Assembly: GCA_963727835.1 (NCBI GenBank)
Contig: CAVSIB010000055.1
Span: 439 to 64,438, forward strand
Reading direction: 5' to 3'
DNA length: 64,000 nucleotides
DNA from: an uncultured delta proteobacterium
Lineage (GTDB): Bacteria; Desulfobacterota; WTBG01; JAGOGO01
Shown here: positions 28,896 to 40,161 of the stretch, piece by piece
Layout of the letters: the number at the start of each line of letters is the position of its first letter
Numbering within the stretch: the first letter of the stretch is position 1
Made by a program: the position numbers and the translations under genes
The notes under the pieces: generated by a model
Database searches by the model: none
The model's input: the letters and a program-made list of their open reading frames with translations, nothing else
What the model was told of the DNA's origin: nothing

Positions 28896-29538
28896 TTAAA
28901 AATCCTCACCTTTTACAAAAGGATTATTCCTTTTTTCATCCCCAATGGTTGACGTGGGCCGATACCCATAATTATGCCCGGGAAAAACTACGGTCTCGTC
29001 AGGAAGAGAAAAAAGTTTTTTGGTAATCGAATCTAAAAGCCTTGGCAAGGAACCGCCGGGTAAATCAGTTCTCCCTACCCCTTCGACAAAAAGCGTATCC
29101 CCCGTAAAAATATAACCCTTGGCATAAAGACACATACTGCCCTGAGAATGTCCGGGGGTATGGATAACCCGGAGTGCTTCTTCACCGAAACTAATCGTAT
29201 CGCCATCTTTTACGAGAATATCAGGAGAAGGCGAAGGCTGGGCATCAAACATCATCAGCTTATAGGAAGAATGCGCGGTCATAAAGTGAGCGTCAGCTTC
29301 ATGAATGATAATTGCCGCATTCGTCTTTTTCTTAAGATCCGGCATTACCCATGATATGGTCAATGTGTCCATGGGTGTTGACTATCTTTGTAATCCGAAA
29401 ATTATGCTTTGCCGCGTCATCTAAAATTATTTCCACATCGCCGGATGGATCAATAACCAAAGCCTCTTTAGTTTTTTGACAACCAACTAAATAAGAAAAT
29501 ACCACGAACTGACTCATCTGATATTGTCTGATATACAT
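28896..29538 (-). CDS. MBL-fold hydrolase (glyoxalase II-like), split by one frameshift near 29340
   Basis: THGHIDH in 29332-29538 and HTPGHS..GDTLF..GRTD..PGH in 28896-29372. Removing one C at 29339-29340 gives a continuous GNADLKKKT. Confidence 0.88.
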
Positions 29539-29564
29539 CCCTTTTCCTCTTCAATAGACATTCT

Positions 29565-30427
29565 TTAAAGCACCGTAATAAAAATTACTCCCATGATCAT
29601 CACTAGACCTCCCACCAATCGTTCACCGATATTTTTTTCGTGAAAAATCAAGCCCCCGAAAAGCACGCTGAACACGAGGATCATCCTTTTGATGGAAATC
29701 ATGTAGACCACTTCAACCCGCGCGATAGCTTGGTAATAAGCTATTGTCATTAACGCATAAAAAAATCCGATTAGCAAGAAAGTTTTTAGCTGTGGCTTGA
29801 AATTAAAAGGGATTTTCACCATCCTAAAAAAAACAACCGGGGTGAGTGCCATAGTTAATACCAGAGTGTAGAACATTCCAAAAAAAGGGGGCTCGAATGG
29901 AGCGTAGGGATTTTTCCTAAATTTGAGGTAATGCTATAAATAAATGCCACGCCGATCATCATCAGTGACCCCTTTTCTTTTACGATGCTTCGCAGCGGAG
30001 CTAAAATTCCTTTTTGCCCGTAGGGGAGGTTGAGAAGATACGCGCTCCAGGCGATTAAAAAAATTCCGATCAACCCAGATCGATCCGGTAATTCCCCTAA
30101 AATCAGAAATGACGTGACAATCAAAAATACCGGGGTCAACGATAAAAAAGGAATCGTAAGGGAAAAGGGAGAAACTTTGATTGCCTTGATGTAGAGAAAA
30201 ATTGCCGTTACCTCCAACTGGCAAAAGCATACCCAAGGTTTTCCAAACAGTCCGATCTAAAAGAGGAATTTCCCCCGGAAGCATAAAGAGGAAAAAAACG
30301 GCAGGGCAAACCCGAATCTCACCCAGGCAACAACAAGTTCATCAGTTTCTTTTAAGGCTTTTTTACATAAGGCATCAGTGGTTGAGAGGCAAAAAACAGC
30401 AAGCAAGGCATAGAGAAACCAACCCAT
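29565..30427 (-). CDS. EamA/DMT-family transporter, frameshifted (about three breaks)
   Basis: ATG at 30427 (MGWFLYALLAVF...) followed by hydrophobic fragments: YIKAIKVSPFSLTIPFLSLTP, and YQAIARVEVVYMISIKR...EKNIGERLVG. Confidence 0.8.
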
Positions 30428-30432
30428 AGTGG

Positions 30433-31446
30433 TTACCTCTCTCGATTATCCTCGCTTGCATCATCAGGGCTTGTTTCCTCCGGAGATTCAATTGAGGTGT
30501 ACGTCTTTTTAAAAAGAAAGCGTTCAAAAAACTTGTGAAACTCGCTCCAGTTGGATTGATTATCACCGGTTTTGCCCATAACCTGCTGGAAGCCGTTAAC
30601 CTTAGCATCCAAATCATCAAGGTAATAGAGCATTAGCGCTTCGATAGTCTTCGGGCGCTTGGGAGATCCGTAATTATAATCACCATGGTGACTTAAAATC
30701 ATATGTTTGAGGAGCATCCGTAATTCTGAAGGAAAGCCAGAGATAGCATTGATCTTTTTTTCGATCATTTCCACCCCGATCGTGATGTGGCCGATAAGAC
30801 GCCCTTCATCAGTATAATCAAAAGTTTTTTGAAAAGAAAGTTCATAAACCTTACCAAGATCATGGAGGATCGCGCCGGTCAATAAAAGATCCCGATTAAC
30901 ATTGTCATAGTTATCAGAAGCCATCCGCGCTAAGCGCGCCATCGAGAGAGAATGCTCCATTAAGCCGCCCAGATAAACATGGTGAAGCGCCTTGGCCGCT
31001 GGAGCGGTCGTAAAAAGCTTTACAAATTCTTCTTCCGCAAAAAACAACCGGAGCAATTTTTTTAAATACTTATCTTTAATATCCTCCATAATTAATTGCA
31101 ATTCTTTGAACATCTCCTCGCGGGGAAAAGGCGCAGCCGGCAGGAAATCTTGCAAATCAACATCTCCCTCAGGACATTTTTTGAGATCAGCAATGGCGAT
31201 CTGCATCCCCCCTTGATAGACAGATGAGCGGCCGGAAACGTTGATAAAATCATTTTTGCCAAAAATCTGGTCATAATGGACCGCCTCTTCCCAAACCCGA
31301 GCGTTGATCTCTCCGGTCCGGTCCATCAATTTAAGGCTTAAATAAGGAATCCCCCCTTTAGTAATCCCCATATGTTTTTCTTTTACTAAAAAGATTCCCT
31401 CGACGTGGCTGTTTTTATTAATCGCGCTGACAAATATGCCTTTCAC
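30433..31446 (-). CDS. yhaM: OB-fold/HD-domain 3'-5' exoribonuclease (YhaM/Cbf1 family)
   Basis: YLSLKLMDRTGEINARVW (OB fold), HHVYLGGLMEHS, LHDLGK and SHHG..YGSPKRP motifs. Confidence 0.88.
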   Translation of the reverse strand: MKGIFVSAINKNSHVEGIFLVKEKHMGITKGGIPYLSLKLMDRTGEINARVWEEAVHYDQIFGKNDFINVSGRSSVYQGGMQIAIADLKKCPEGDVDLQDFLPAAPFPREEMFKELQLIMEDIKDKYLKKLLRLFFAEEEFVKLFTTAPAAKALHHVYLGGLMEHSLSMARLARMASDNYDNVNRDLLLTGAILHDLGKVYELSFQKTFDYTDEGRLIGHITIGVEMIEKKINAISGFPSELRMLLKHMILSHHGDYNYGSPKRPKTIEALMLYYLDDLDAKVNGFQQVMGKTGDNQSNWSEFHKFFERFLFKKTYTSIESPEETSPDDASEDNRER

Positions 31447-31546
31447 CTTTACCCCCAGTAAGGTATAAAATTAACTTTAGGTTAATATTCTGCTAACATA
31501 ATTACCACGAGAATACAACCCTAAATCCAAATTTTTTGGTTGAGTT

Positions 31547-33910
31547 ATGAGACTCAACCAAGGGCGGAGCATTTTGAATCCGGTAAGGTTTTTAAAACTA
31601 AACCCGTTTTTTGTCGCCTTTTTTCTCTTGGGTGCCTATTCTATCGCAACCCAAGTACTTTTAATCCGGGAATTTCTCGTTATATTTTTCGGTAATGAAC
31701 TTTGTATGGGGATCATCTTTGCCGCTTGGTTCCTCTCAATTTTTTTAGGTGCAATTTTAGCCGGCCGAATCGTTTCCCATACTCAGAGAACCCTCGTGTT
31801 CTTTATCATTATCCAGTTCATCCTGCTTGTACTCCCGGCAATTCAAATAATCCTCACCCGCAATCTTCGTCTTTTTCTCCACATCCCTTCAGGGGAATAT
31901 ATACCATTTTTACCGATGATGAGCTCCATTTTTCCCCTGCTTTTTCCTTTTAGTTTTTTTATCGGGTTTATCTTTCCCTTTGCCATCAGCATCTATACCA
32001 ATCACACAAAAACCATTGCCCAGCGAATTGGCGCGGTTTATGTTTATGAATCTCTCGGAAGCATGATCAGTGGGGCGGTCTTAACCTTCTACCTCATTCT
32101 CCATTACTCCCCCTTTCTGATTATTGCTTTTTTTACTGCTGGAATTCTTCTCAACACTCTTTTTCTCACTCAGAAAATCCAAGAAAAGTTTTTTCAATTC
32201 CTTGTATTGGTTCTCTGGGGAATCTCCTTTTTAGCTTTTTCAGGATTGAGTTATTTCCATTTCTGGGACCAGATAGAAAACCATACTGTCCTTAAACGTT
32301 GGCAGAGTATTAGCCCTCAGATTGATCTCTTGCACTCCACCAATTCCCCGTACCAAAACATAGTGATAGCCAAACGGCTCGATCAATACAGCGTTTATGG
32401 AAATGGCCAAATTTTAACCTCCTTCCCTGACCCCTACCAATCAGCACTCAAGGCCCATTTTATCCTTTGCGAGCATCCACATCCCGAGAAAGTTCTCCTC
32501 ATTGGCGGAGGAATCTCCGGTATCATTAAGGAGATTTTAAAACATCCGGTAAAAACGCTCCATTACGTAGAACTGGACGCAACCTTGGTGGAGATTGGGA
32601 AAAAATATTTACCCTCGGAAGATAAAATGGCTTTTCAAGATCCCCGGGTCAAAATCTTTTTAAGCGATGGCCGGTACTATGTAAAAAAATGCCAGGAAAA
32701 ATATGACGAGATTATCCTCAACCTCCCCGATCCCTCGACCGCTCTGCTGAACCGATTCTATACGCTCAATTTTTTCAAGGAGATAACGCGAATTTTGAAA
32801 CCAGATGGTCTCCTGGTTACCGGAGTCAGGTCTTCCGAAAATTTCATTGGTCAGGATATCGGACGCTATACTGCCTCTATTTACCATTCCTTATCCATGG
32901 TCTTTCCCTATGTTCTCGTTACTCCCGGAGAATATAACTATTTTTTTGCCAGCCGTTTTCCTCATGTTGCCACTGCGGACACCACAATTCTTGCCCACCG
33001 TTATTTGGATCGGAAAATCAAAACCCCGTATTTCTCGCCGTACCACTTCACGCTTTTCCTCCTTCCCGAGCGGGTTAAGTTCATTAATGAAGCAATAAAA
33101 AAAATTTCCACTCCGTATCTCAATACTGATGAGCGTCCGATAAGTTATTTTTACACCTTGATCCTCTGGGATACCTTTTCAGGAGGAACGGGGAAAGGGT
33201 TTTTCCAGAAACTGGAACGACTTTCATGGAAATCGATTTTTCTCCCCTTAGGTTTAATCCTGGTTTTGCGGTTCATGTATTTAGCCATCGTAAAAAAGGA
33301 ACCTCCTTCCCGAAAAATAATTTTTAACAGTCTCTACGCAATCTTCTCTACGGGCTTTGCGTCGATGGGGCTTGAAATCATCCTGCTTTTCGCTTACCAG
33401 AATCACTATGGTTGTCTCTATCAAAAGATTGGAATCATTGTGGCTCTCTTTATGGCCGGCCTAGCGGTGGGCGCGCACATAATGAACCAAGCGATGACAA
33501 GGCGGACCCGTAATGGGCAGAAAGTTTTACTGGCATGGGAAATGTCGATTACCGTATTTTCCCTCTCCCTTCCCTTTTTCTTGGATCTGGTCTTTCAGGA
33601 GAAAGAAAGTTTTGCTTTAAGTGAAGTGATGTTTATGGTGTTAGTTTTTGGAACCGGACTCTTGACCGGGGCAGAGTTTCCCCTAGTGAATAAAATCGTG
33701 ATCAAAGAAGGCCTTGCGGCTGGCAGTTCTGCGGGCAAGGTAGATGGTTATGATCATTTAGGGGCTTCTCTGGGAGGAGCATTCACCGGCACTCTATTCG
33801 TGCCCCTGCTGGGTACTATTCAGTCATGTTTATTCATCGCTGGCCTCAATTTTATTTCCTGCCTTTTCCTGGTTTATTCCCTATCCAAAGAGCGACGCCT
33901 CATCCTATAA
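31547..33910 (+). CDS. Multi-pass membrane protein fused to a spermidine-synthase (PABS)-fold domain
   Basis: N- and C-terminal TM blocks; HSTNSPYQNI, VLLIGGGISG, YVELD, DGRYY and YDEIILNLPDPS...FYT motifs. Confidence 0.85.
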   Translation: MRLNQGRSILNPVRFLKLNPFFVAFFLLGAYSIATQVLLIREFLVIFFGNELCMGIIFAAWFLSIFLGAILAGRIVSHTQRTLVFFIIIQFILLVLPAIQIILTRNLRLFLHIPSGEYIPFLPMMSSIFPLLFPFSFFIGFIFPFAISIYTNHTKTIAQRIGAVYVYESLGSMISGAVLTFYLILHYSPFLIIAFFTAGILLNTLFLTQKIQEKFFQFLVLVLWGISFLAFSGLSYFHFWDQIENHTVLKRWQSISPQIDLLHSTNSPYQNIVIAKRLDQYSVYGNGQILTSFPDPYQSALKAHFILCEHPHPEKVLLIGGGISGIIKEILKHPVKTLHYVELDATLVEIGKKYLPSEDKMAFQDPRVKIFLSDGRYYVKKCQEKYDEIILNLPDPSTALLNRFYTLNFFKEITRILKPDGLLVTGVRSSENFIGQDIGRYTASIYHSLSMVFPYVLVTPGEYNYFFASRFPHVATADTTILAHRYLDRKIKTPYFSPYHFTLFLLPERVKFINEAIKKISTPYLNTDERPISYFYTLILWDTFSGGTGKGFFQKLERLSWKSIFLPLGLILVLRFMYLAIVKKEPPSRKIIFNSLYAIFSTGFASMGLEIILLFAYQNHYGCLYQKIGIIVALFMAGLAVGAHIMNQAMTRRTRNGQKVLLAWEMSITVFSLSLPFFLDLVFQEKESFALSEVMFMVLVFGTGLLTGAEFPLVNKIVIKEGLAAGSSAGKVDGYDHLGASLGGAFTGTLFVPLLGTIQSCLFIAGLNFISCLFLVYSLSKERRLIL

Positions 33911-35074
33911 ATTTATCTGTTCCTTGCTCCAAACGCCCGGGATCGGCTGATGACAAAACTTACAGGAACCTTTCTCAATGGAATTTTCCAAAATCGCAAA
34001 CCCCATTCTCTGGATCAGAACCTTTTTGCAGGAGGGACAATACGTATTTTCACCCTCATGGCCAGGAACATTGCCGATATAAGGGAAATGAAGGCCCGCC
34101 GTAAACGCTGTTTCTCGTGCCATCTCCAAAGTCTTTACTGGCGTGGGGGGAAGGTTTTGGATCTGATACATGGGATGAAAGCGGGAGAAGTGAATAGGAA
34201 CATCAGGACCTAAATTCGCTTTAATCCAGGTGCACATCCTTTGTAACTCCTCAGGATTATCATTCAAGGTGGGTATTATCAGCACAATGATTTCAAACCA
34301 GATCCCTATTTCTTTCAATCTTTGTAAGGTAGCTAAAACTGGCGCAAGCTCTCCGGAACAAATATTCCGGTAAAACGTATCGTTAAACGACTTGAGGTCT
34401 ATTCTCACGGCGGTTAACTGTTTACACAGTTCCCGAAGAGGAATTTCATTCATAAAACCATTGGAAATCATTACGCTTCCAATGCCTGCCGTGCGAGCTG
34501 TTTTTGCCATGTTGTACATTGAGGTATAAAATACCGTGGGTTCAGAATAGGTATAGGCAATGGTAGGGATGGATTGGTTGTGACAGATTTCTATAGCACG
34601 GTCAGGGGTTAATGAATCGTGGGGTATCTCTTCCGGCCGGGCCTGAGAAATCTCCCAATTTTGACAAAATTTACAGCAAATATTGCATCCTGCAGCTGCA
34701 ATTGAAAAAGCAACTGTGCCCGGTAGGTAATGAAAAAAAGGTTTTTTCTCAATCGGGTCGATATGCGCCGCGCAGACTTTGTTATAGACTAAAGAATAAT
34801 ATTTTCCGCCCTGGTTCTCCTTGTTTCCGCAATATCCCCTTTTTCCCTCACCAACCTGACATCTTCTCGGACACGTTTCACATTCAATCCTCAGAGAATC
34901 CAGTTTTCGGTAGAACATTTCCTCCTTTACATGCCCTTCGTCAGCCCTTGCCCCCCCAGCATTCCATAAATTCAACCCAGACAAAGAATCTGGCCAATCA
35001 AGAAAAGAGCAGGAACAAACACAAGCGCTGGCAACCGCCCATCTAATAAATTCCCGTCGAGAAAATTTTTCCAT
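33905..35074 (-). CDS. amrS: AmmeMemoRadiSam-system radical SAM enzyme with a twin-arginine-like leader
   Basis: HIDPIEKKPFFH, CNICCKFCQNW (CX3CX2C), AYTYSEP, DLKSF, PIHFSRFHP.Y and YIGNVPG motifs. N-terminus MEKFSRREFI. Confidence 0.88.
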   Translation of the reverse strand: MEKFSRREFIRWAVASACVCSCSFLDWPDSLSGLNLWNAGGARADEGHVKEEMFYRKLDSLRIECETCPRRCQVGEGKRGYCGNKENQGGKYYSLVYNKVCAAHIDPIEKKPFFHYLPGTVAFSIAAAGCNICCKFCQNWEISQARPEEIPHDSLTPDRAIEICHNQSIPTIAYTYSEPTVFYTSMYNMAKTARTAGIGSVMISNGFMNEIPLRELCKQLTAVRIDLKSFNDTFYRNICSGELAPVLATLQRLKEIGIWFEIIVLIIPTLNDNPEELQRMCTWIKANLGPDVPIHFSRFHPMYQIQNLPPTPVKTLEMARETAFTAGLHFPYIGNVPGHEGENTYCPSCKKVLIQRMGFAILENSIEKGSCKFCHQPIPGVWSKEQINL

Positions 35075-35282
35075 CTTTTCTCCTTTTCGCTTCCCCCCCG
35101 TTCTTCCCCACTCATTGGTTCTCATCGCCTTCTTTCAAACAAGAAAGGAAAGACACACCAATAATCGAAGGATGTTAATAAGAAAAATAATATTTTTTAA
35201 AAATATCTGGATTTTCTTTTGAAATATATTATATCATGTGACAAAGGAATTATCCAATAAACTCACACAGCCTTTTTTCTTT

Positions 35283-35657
35283 ATGGAACAAGCTTTAAAA
35301 AAAATATTAATCGTTGATGACGAAGAATCGATCCGAATCCTTTACAAACAAGAATTAGAGGACGAAGGATACGAAGTGCTCTTGGCTGCTAATGCTTACG
35401 AGGCCCTAGAAATCGTGGATAAGGAATCTTTAGACATTATGGTCTTAGACATTAAAATGCCGGGGATGGACGGCATTGAGGTCATGCAAAAAATTGTGGG
35501 TAAAAAAAATAATATCCCCATTATCATCAATTCTGCGTATCCACATTTTAAGGATAGTTTTATGACCTGGGTGGCAGAAGAATATGTGGTAAAATCATCA
35601 AATCTCCAGGAACTTAAAGACAAGATCAAAGAACTGCTCAACAAACCTCCGGAATAA
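35283..35657 (+). CDS. Single-domain response regulator (receiver)
   Basis: ILIVDDE and LDIKMPGMDG (phospho-Asp) motifs. Confidence 0.9.
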   Translation: MEQALKKILIVDDEESIRILYKQELEDEGYEVLLAANAYEALEIVDKESLDIMVLDIKMPGMDGIEVMQKIVGKKNNIPIIINSAYPHFKDSFMTWVAEEYVVKSSNLQELKDKIKELLNKPPE

Positions 35658-35682
35658 CCTTTTCTATTTTTCAGCTTAATTT

Positions 35683-36899
35683 ATGGAAAAAACCCTCACG
35701 ATGATCATGGCTGGCGGCAGGGGAGAAAGACTCTACCCCTTAACCAAAGAAAATGCCAAACCCGCTGTCACGTTCGGGGGAATTTACAAGATAATTGACT
35801 TTACCCTTTCCAATTGTTTAAATTCCGGTATCCGCCGAATCTATCTTCTTACCCAATACAGCAATGCCACTCTCGATAAACATATGCATTTAGCGTGGGA
35901 CATTTTTAACCGCGAACTGGATGAGTTCATTGACAACATCCCCCCTCAAAAGGTGAATGTTGATTGGTGGTATCGAGGAACTGCGGATTCTATTTATCAG
36001 AATATTAATATCCTGGAGCGAGAGCGTCCCCAAAACGTGCTTATTCTTTCCGGAGACCATATTTATAAAATGGATTACCGGAAAATGCTGTATTTCCACC
36101 AAGCAAAACAATGTGACCTCAGCGTGGCCTGTGTAGAAATCAATAAAGAAAAAGCTCACAACATGGGAGTTTTTGAAGTTGATGATGCGTTTCGGATCAT
36201 CGGTTTTCAAGAAAAACCAGCTCGTCCGAAGCCTGTTCCCTGGGATCGCTCCAAGTCGTTGGTTTCCATGGGGGTGTATGTTTTTAAAACCGAACGTTTG
36301 GTAAGAGAAATTATTGATGACGCAAAACGAGAGTCGGAACATGATTTCGGAAGAAATATTATCCCGCGGATGATCAAAAAGCGAAGCGTTTTTGTTTATA
36401 ATTTTAAAGATGAAAAAAAGGAGGAGTTGCGTACTGGCGCGACGTCGGAAGCCTCGATTCTTATCATGAAGCCAACATGGAGCTCCTTAAAGAAAATCCG
36501 GTATTTGATCTTTACGATACCGACTGGCCCATTCGGACTTATCAGGAACAGGCACCTCCGGCAAAAGTTGTGCTGTCCGGAGATGGAGAGGGTTTAAGCA
36601 GAGGCGTTACCATTAACTCCCTTATCTCAAATGGATGCCTCATTATCGGGGGAAAGATCAATCGTTCAATCCTTTCACCGTTTGTGCAGATTCACAGCCA
36701 TTGCCGGGTCGAAAACGCAATCCTGATGAAGGGGGTGACCGTGGGACAGCATGCCCGGATCAGGAAGGCGATCATTGACGAGGGAGTAACCATCCCCCCC
36801 CATTATACGATCGGATATAACCTCGAAGAAGATCGCAAAAAATTTACGGTTACTGAATCAGGTATTGTTGTGGTGCCCCAAGGATTTATTGTGGATTAA
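35683..36899 (+). CDS. glgC: Glucose-1-phosphate adenylyltransferase, one frameshift at the A7 run 36413-36419
   Basis: MAGGRGERLYPLT..AKPAV.FGG, YRGTAD, ILSGDHIYKMDY and SMGVYVF motifs. Adding one A restores YWRDVGSLDSY and joins the C-terminal beta-helix. Confidence 0.92.
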
Positions 36900-36984
36900 A
36901 TCAGCGAAACTCTCCTCTCATTTTTTCTCAATCCCCGTTTTTTTTGCGTGAACAAAACAAAGCATTCCTTTTATGCGAAGCCGG

Positions 36985-38187
36985 TTATTCTTCTTTAATT
37001 AATAAATAAAACAATTTTCCCTTCTCCTTAATGCTTCCGGCAATATCTCCAGCCTCTTTTCCGGTTCCCCAGAAAATATCTACTCTCCCGGGACCCTTAA
37101 TCGCTGCTCCTGCATCCTGATCAACCATAAAACGGATCATCGGTTCCCATTTCATTACTTCCCCCTGAGCATTAAGTACCGGCTTCCTGCACAGGATAAA
37201 TGCTAAACCTCCCCCTGGGAAAAGAGTTTTGTCAGTAGCGATTGATCTTCCCGCAGTAAGGTCAACTCCTTCCGAACCTCTTACATTGCCCGTATACTCC
37301 TCAAAAAAGATGTAGCGCCGATTCTGGGATAAATACTCTTTTACTTCCTCGGGGTTTTTGTTAAAATACTCTCGAATTTCTTTTAGCGAGGCTTTATCGG
37401 GCCTTAATTTCTTTTTATCAACCAGAAGTTCCCTGAGCGAAGTATACGGAAAACAGTTGCTTGCTGCATACCGAACCTTGATTTCTTTCCCATTTTCTAT
37501 CTTCATCACCCCTGAGCCTTGAACCTGGAGCATATAGCGATCCAGAAAATCTTTGAGATAAACCAATTCCAATCCCTTTCCTTGGAGCACCCACTCCTTA
37601 TCAATCGCTTGCCGATCAAAATAGGGCTTAATTTTCCCTTCATCGACCCGAAGCCCAATCTTTTCTCCGGCATATTTAGGATTTAGTTCTCCTAAATCAA
37701 TCACCTGGAGGTCCCAAGGGGTTCGATAAAGGGGGTATTGATATTCTCCTTCTGCTTTCGCACGAGCATCCAATACGGGTTGATAATACCCCGTAAAAAG
37801 CACATCCCCCTTCTGATTAACACCCGTAGCCTGCAATACGATAAATTTTTTCGGAATCTCCTTATGAAGTGAGGCAGTGTCGTTTTTCTCTAACAACGTG
37901 TAAAAGCATTCTAATGTTTTAAGGATTCTTTTCCGCGTTATCACGATCTCCCCCAACTTTACTGGTTGGTCTAAATCTCCTCTTTTTAATTTTTCGATCT
38001 GTAAGCTTATCGCTTCCTTGAGCCCGCTTCCCTCAAGGTCATCCGTAAAAACCGGCAAGCTTTTTTCTGAAACCTGAACCAAAGAAACCTGTTCTTTTTC
38101 TGGCTTTTTAAAAATAAACCTGCATCCATTCCCCAGGAAAAAAAATAAAACAATTGCCCAACTAAGGGGTATTAAAATTCTTTTCAT
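36985..38187 (-). CDS. mltA: Membrane-bound lytic murein transglycosylase A (lipoprotein)
   Basis: Lipobox-like LGNGC; FTGYYQP, LQVQGSG, RSIATD and DQDAGAAIKGPGRVDIFWG motifs. Confidence 0.9.
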   Translation of the reverse strand: MKRILIPLSWAIVLFFFLGNGCRFIFKKPEKEQVSLVQVSEKSLPVFTDDLEGSGLKEAISLQIEKLKRGDLDQPVKLGEIVITRKRILKTLECFYTLLEKNDTASLHKEIPKKFIVLQATGVNQKGDVLFTGYYQPVLDARAKAEGEYQYPLYRTPWDLQVIDLGELNPKYAGEKIGLRVDEGKIKPYFDRQAIDKEWVLQGKGLELVYLKDFLDRYMLQVQGSGVMKIENGKEIKVRYAASNCFPYTSLRELLVDKKKLRPDKASLKEIREYFNKNPEEVKEYLSQNRRYIFFEEYTGNVRGSEGVDLTAGRSIATDKTLFPGGGLAFILCRKPVLNAQGEVMKWEPMIRFMVDQDAGAAIKGPGRVDIFWGTGKEAGDIAGSIKEKGKLFYLLIKEE

Positions 38188-38373
38188 TTTTTACCTCACT
38201 TTTCGCATTCCCTAATAATTTTGTCCCTTTTTTCGCCTCATGGTATTATTCGTACAAAAAATTTGACTTTGGATTATTTATGGTTACCTTCAATAGAAAA
38301 CATTTTAAAATTTGGAATAATTTCAATTCCGCATAAACAATAAAAATTATTATCTTATAGGGTAAGCTAACAC

Positions 38374-40135
38374 ATGGAAACAACAGACGAAAAATTTCCC
38401 AGTGCAAAAGAACTGGAAAAAGAAATCAATGATTATTTGAACAAAAAATATGGTAAGCATCTCAAATTTGGAATGACTCCCTCTTTTTCCCTGAACCGGA
38501 TCCTGCTAAAATGAGAGAAGATCCCGAGAAAGAAACCAAATCCGGGGTCTCCAAAATTAACTTTGATATAAAGCCAGAGGAATTAGAAGCTTTTCTTGAC
38601 GAATATATCATCAAACAACAGAAAGCCAAGGAAGTTTTAGCGACAAAAATTTGCACCCATTTCCATCGAATCAGGTTTGCAGAAAACACCAAACGGCTGT
38701 CCGAAGACACCCAGGTGGGAAGTATCAAAAATAACATTATTATGATCGGTCCTACCGGCGTGGGAAAAACTTACCTTATCAAACTGATTGCCAAAAAAAT
38801 TGGTGTTCCTTTTGTAAAAGGAGACGCCACCAAATTCAGCGAAACCGGCTATGTGGGCGGTGACGTCGAAGATCTGGTACGGGATTTAGTCACAGAAGCC
38901 AATGGAGACATCGAGCTTGCCCAATATGGGATAATTTATTTAGATGAAGTTGACAAAATTGCGTCCAGCAATAATTTGGTTGGTCCGGATGTTTCGCGCA
39001 CTGGAGTCCAAAGAGCACTCTTAAAACCCATGGAAGAAACCGAGGTCGAACTTAAAGTTCCCCATGACATTGTCTCCCAAATGGAGGCTCTGGAACACTA
39101 TCGAAAGACCGGTGAAAAAAACAAACAGAAAGTAAACACCAAAAATATTCTTTTTATCATGAGCGGAGCGTTCAATGGTCTAGAGGAAATCATTATAAAA
39201 ACGGTTAAACCGTCAGGGGATTGGCTTTGGGGCGGAAATTAGATCAAAAAATGATGAAGAAGTCTTACTTCCTTTCGTAAAAGCCGAAGATTTAATCAAC
39301 TATGGTTTTGAGTCCGAGTTTATCGGCCGGCTTCCAGTGGCCGTGGTGTTCGAAAAACTCGATGTTTCTGACCTTTATGAGATTTTGAGGAATATTAATA
39401 ACCCGATTATTTTGGGAAAGAAAAAAGATTTTAAGGCCTATGAGATTGATATAAAATTTGAAGATGAGGCTTTGTACAAAATTTCCCAAGATGCCTACCA
39501 AGAAAAGACTGGAGCGCGGGGGCTAGTAAGTGCTCTTGAACGGGTGCTCCTCACGTTTGAGAAAAAACTCCCTTCCACCACCATTAAACATTTGGTTGTT
39601 AACCTTGAGTTGGTGAATTCACCCCCTGCTGAACTCAAAAAGATTTTACATGACCCGGAAAATAAAGAACGGGAAGAAAAATTTCAAAAACTTGCTCACG
39701 AAGAAGCACAAAAACTCAAAGAGTCGATTGTAGCGAGAAAAAAGGAGTTCTTAAACCGTTACGGAGTCCTATTAGACGAAGAGATCATTGACCTTATAAC
39801 ACATTGGGTAATGGAACACGGGATATCCGTGGGCGTTGCTTATCAAGAGGCAATCAGGATCCAGCAACAGGTTAAAAGCTTTGAAATAAATTTTTTGGCA
39901 ACTCATGCAATTAGAAATCATTTTTGCAGATGATGCTCTCAACGGGATAATCCAAAAATCAATAAAAGAAAATAAAGATCCCTGGGAAATCTGTCAAAGT
40001 ACTTGCAAAAATTACGAGTACGGACTAAAATTAGTCAAAGAAAAGACCGGAACAAAAAGCTTTGTTATTCATAAAGAGGCTCTCCAAGACCCCGAGGAAT
40101 ACCTGAACTCACTTGTCCGGAAATCTTATGAGTAA
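38374..40135 (+). CDS. clpX: ClpX-like AAA+ ATPase without a zinc-binding domain and with a C-terminal extension; three frameshifts (about 38485, 39198, 39910)
   Basis: NIIMIGPTGVGKT, DATKFSETGYVG, IYLDEVDKIA, GVQRALLK, GRLPV and TGARGL motifs. ATG at 38374. Confidence 0.75.
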
Positions 40136-40161
40136 TAAATTAACTAAAGGCATAGAGCGCT

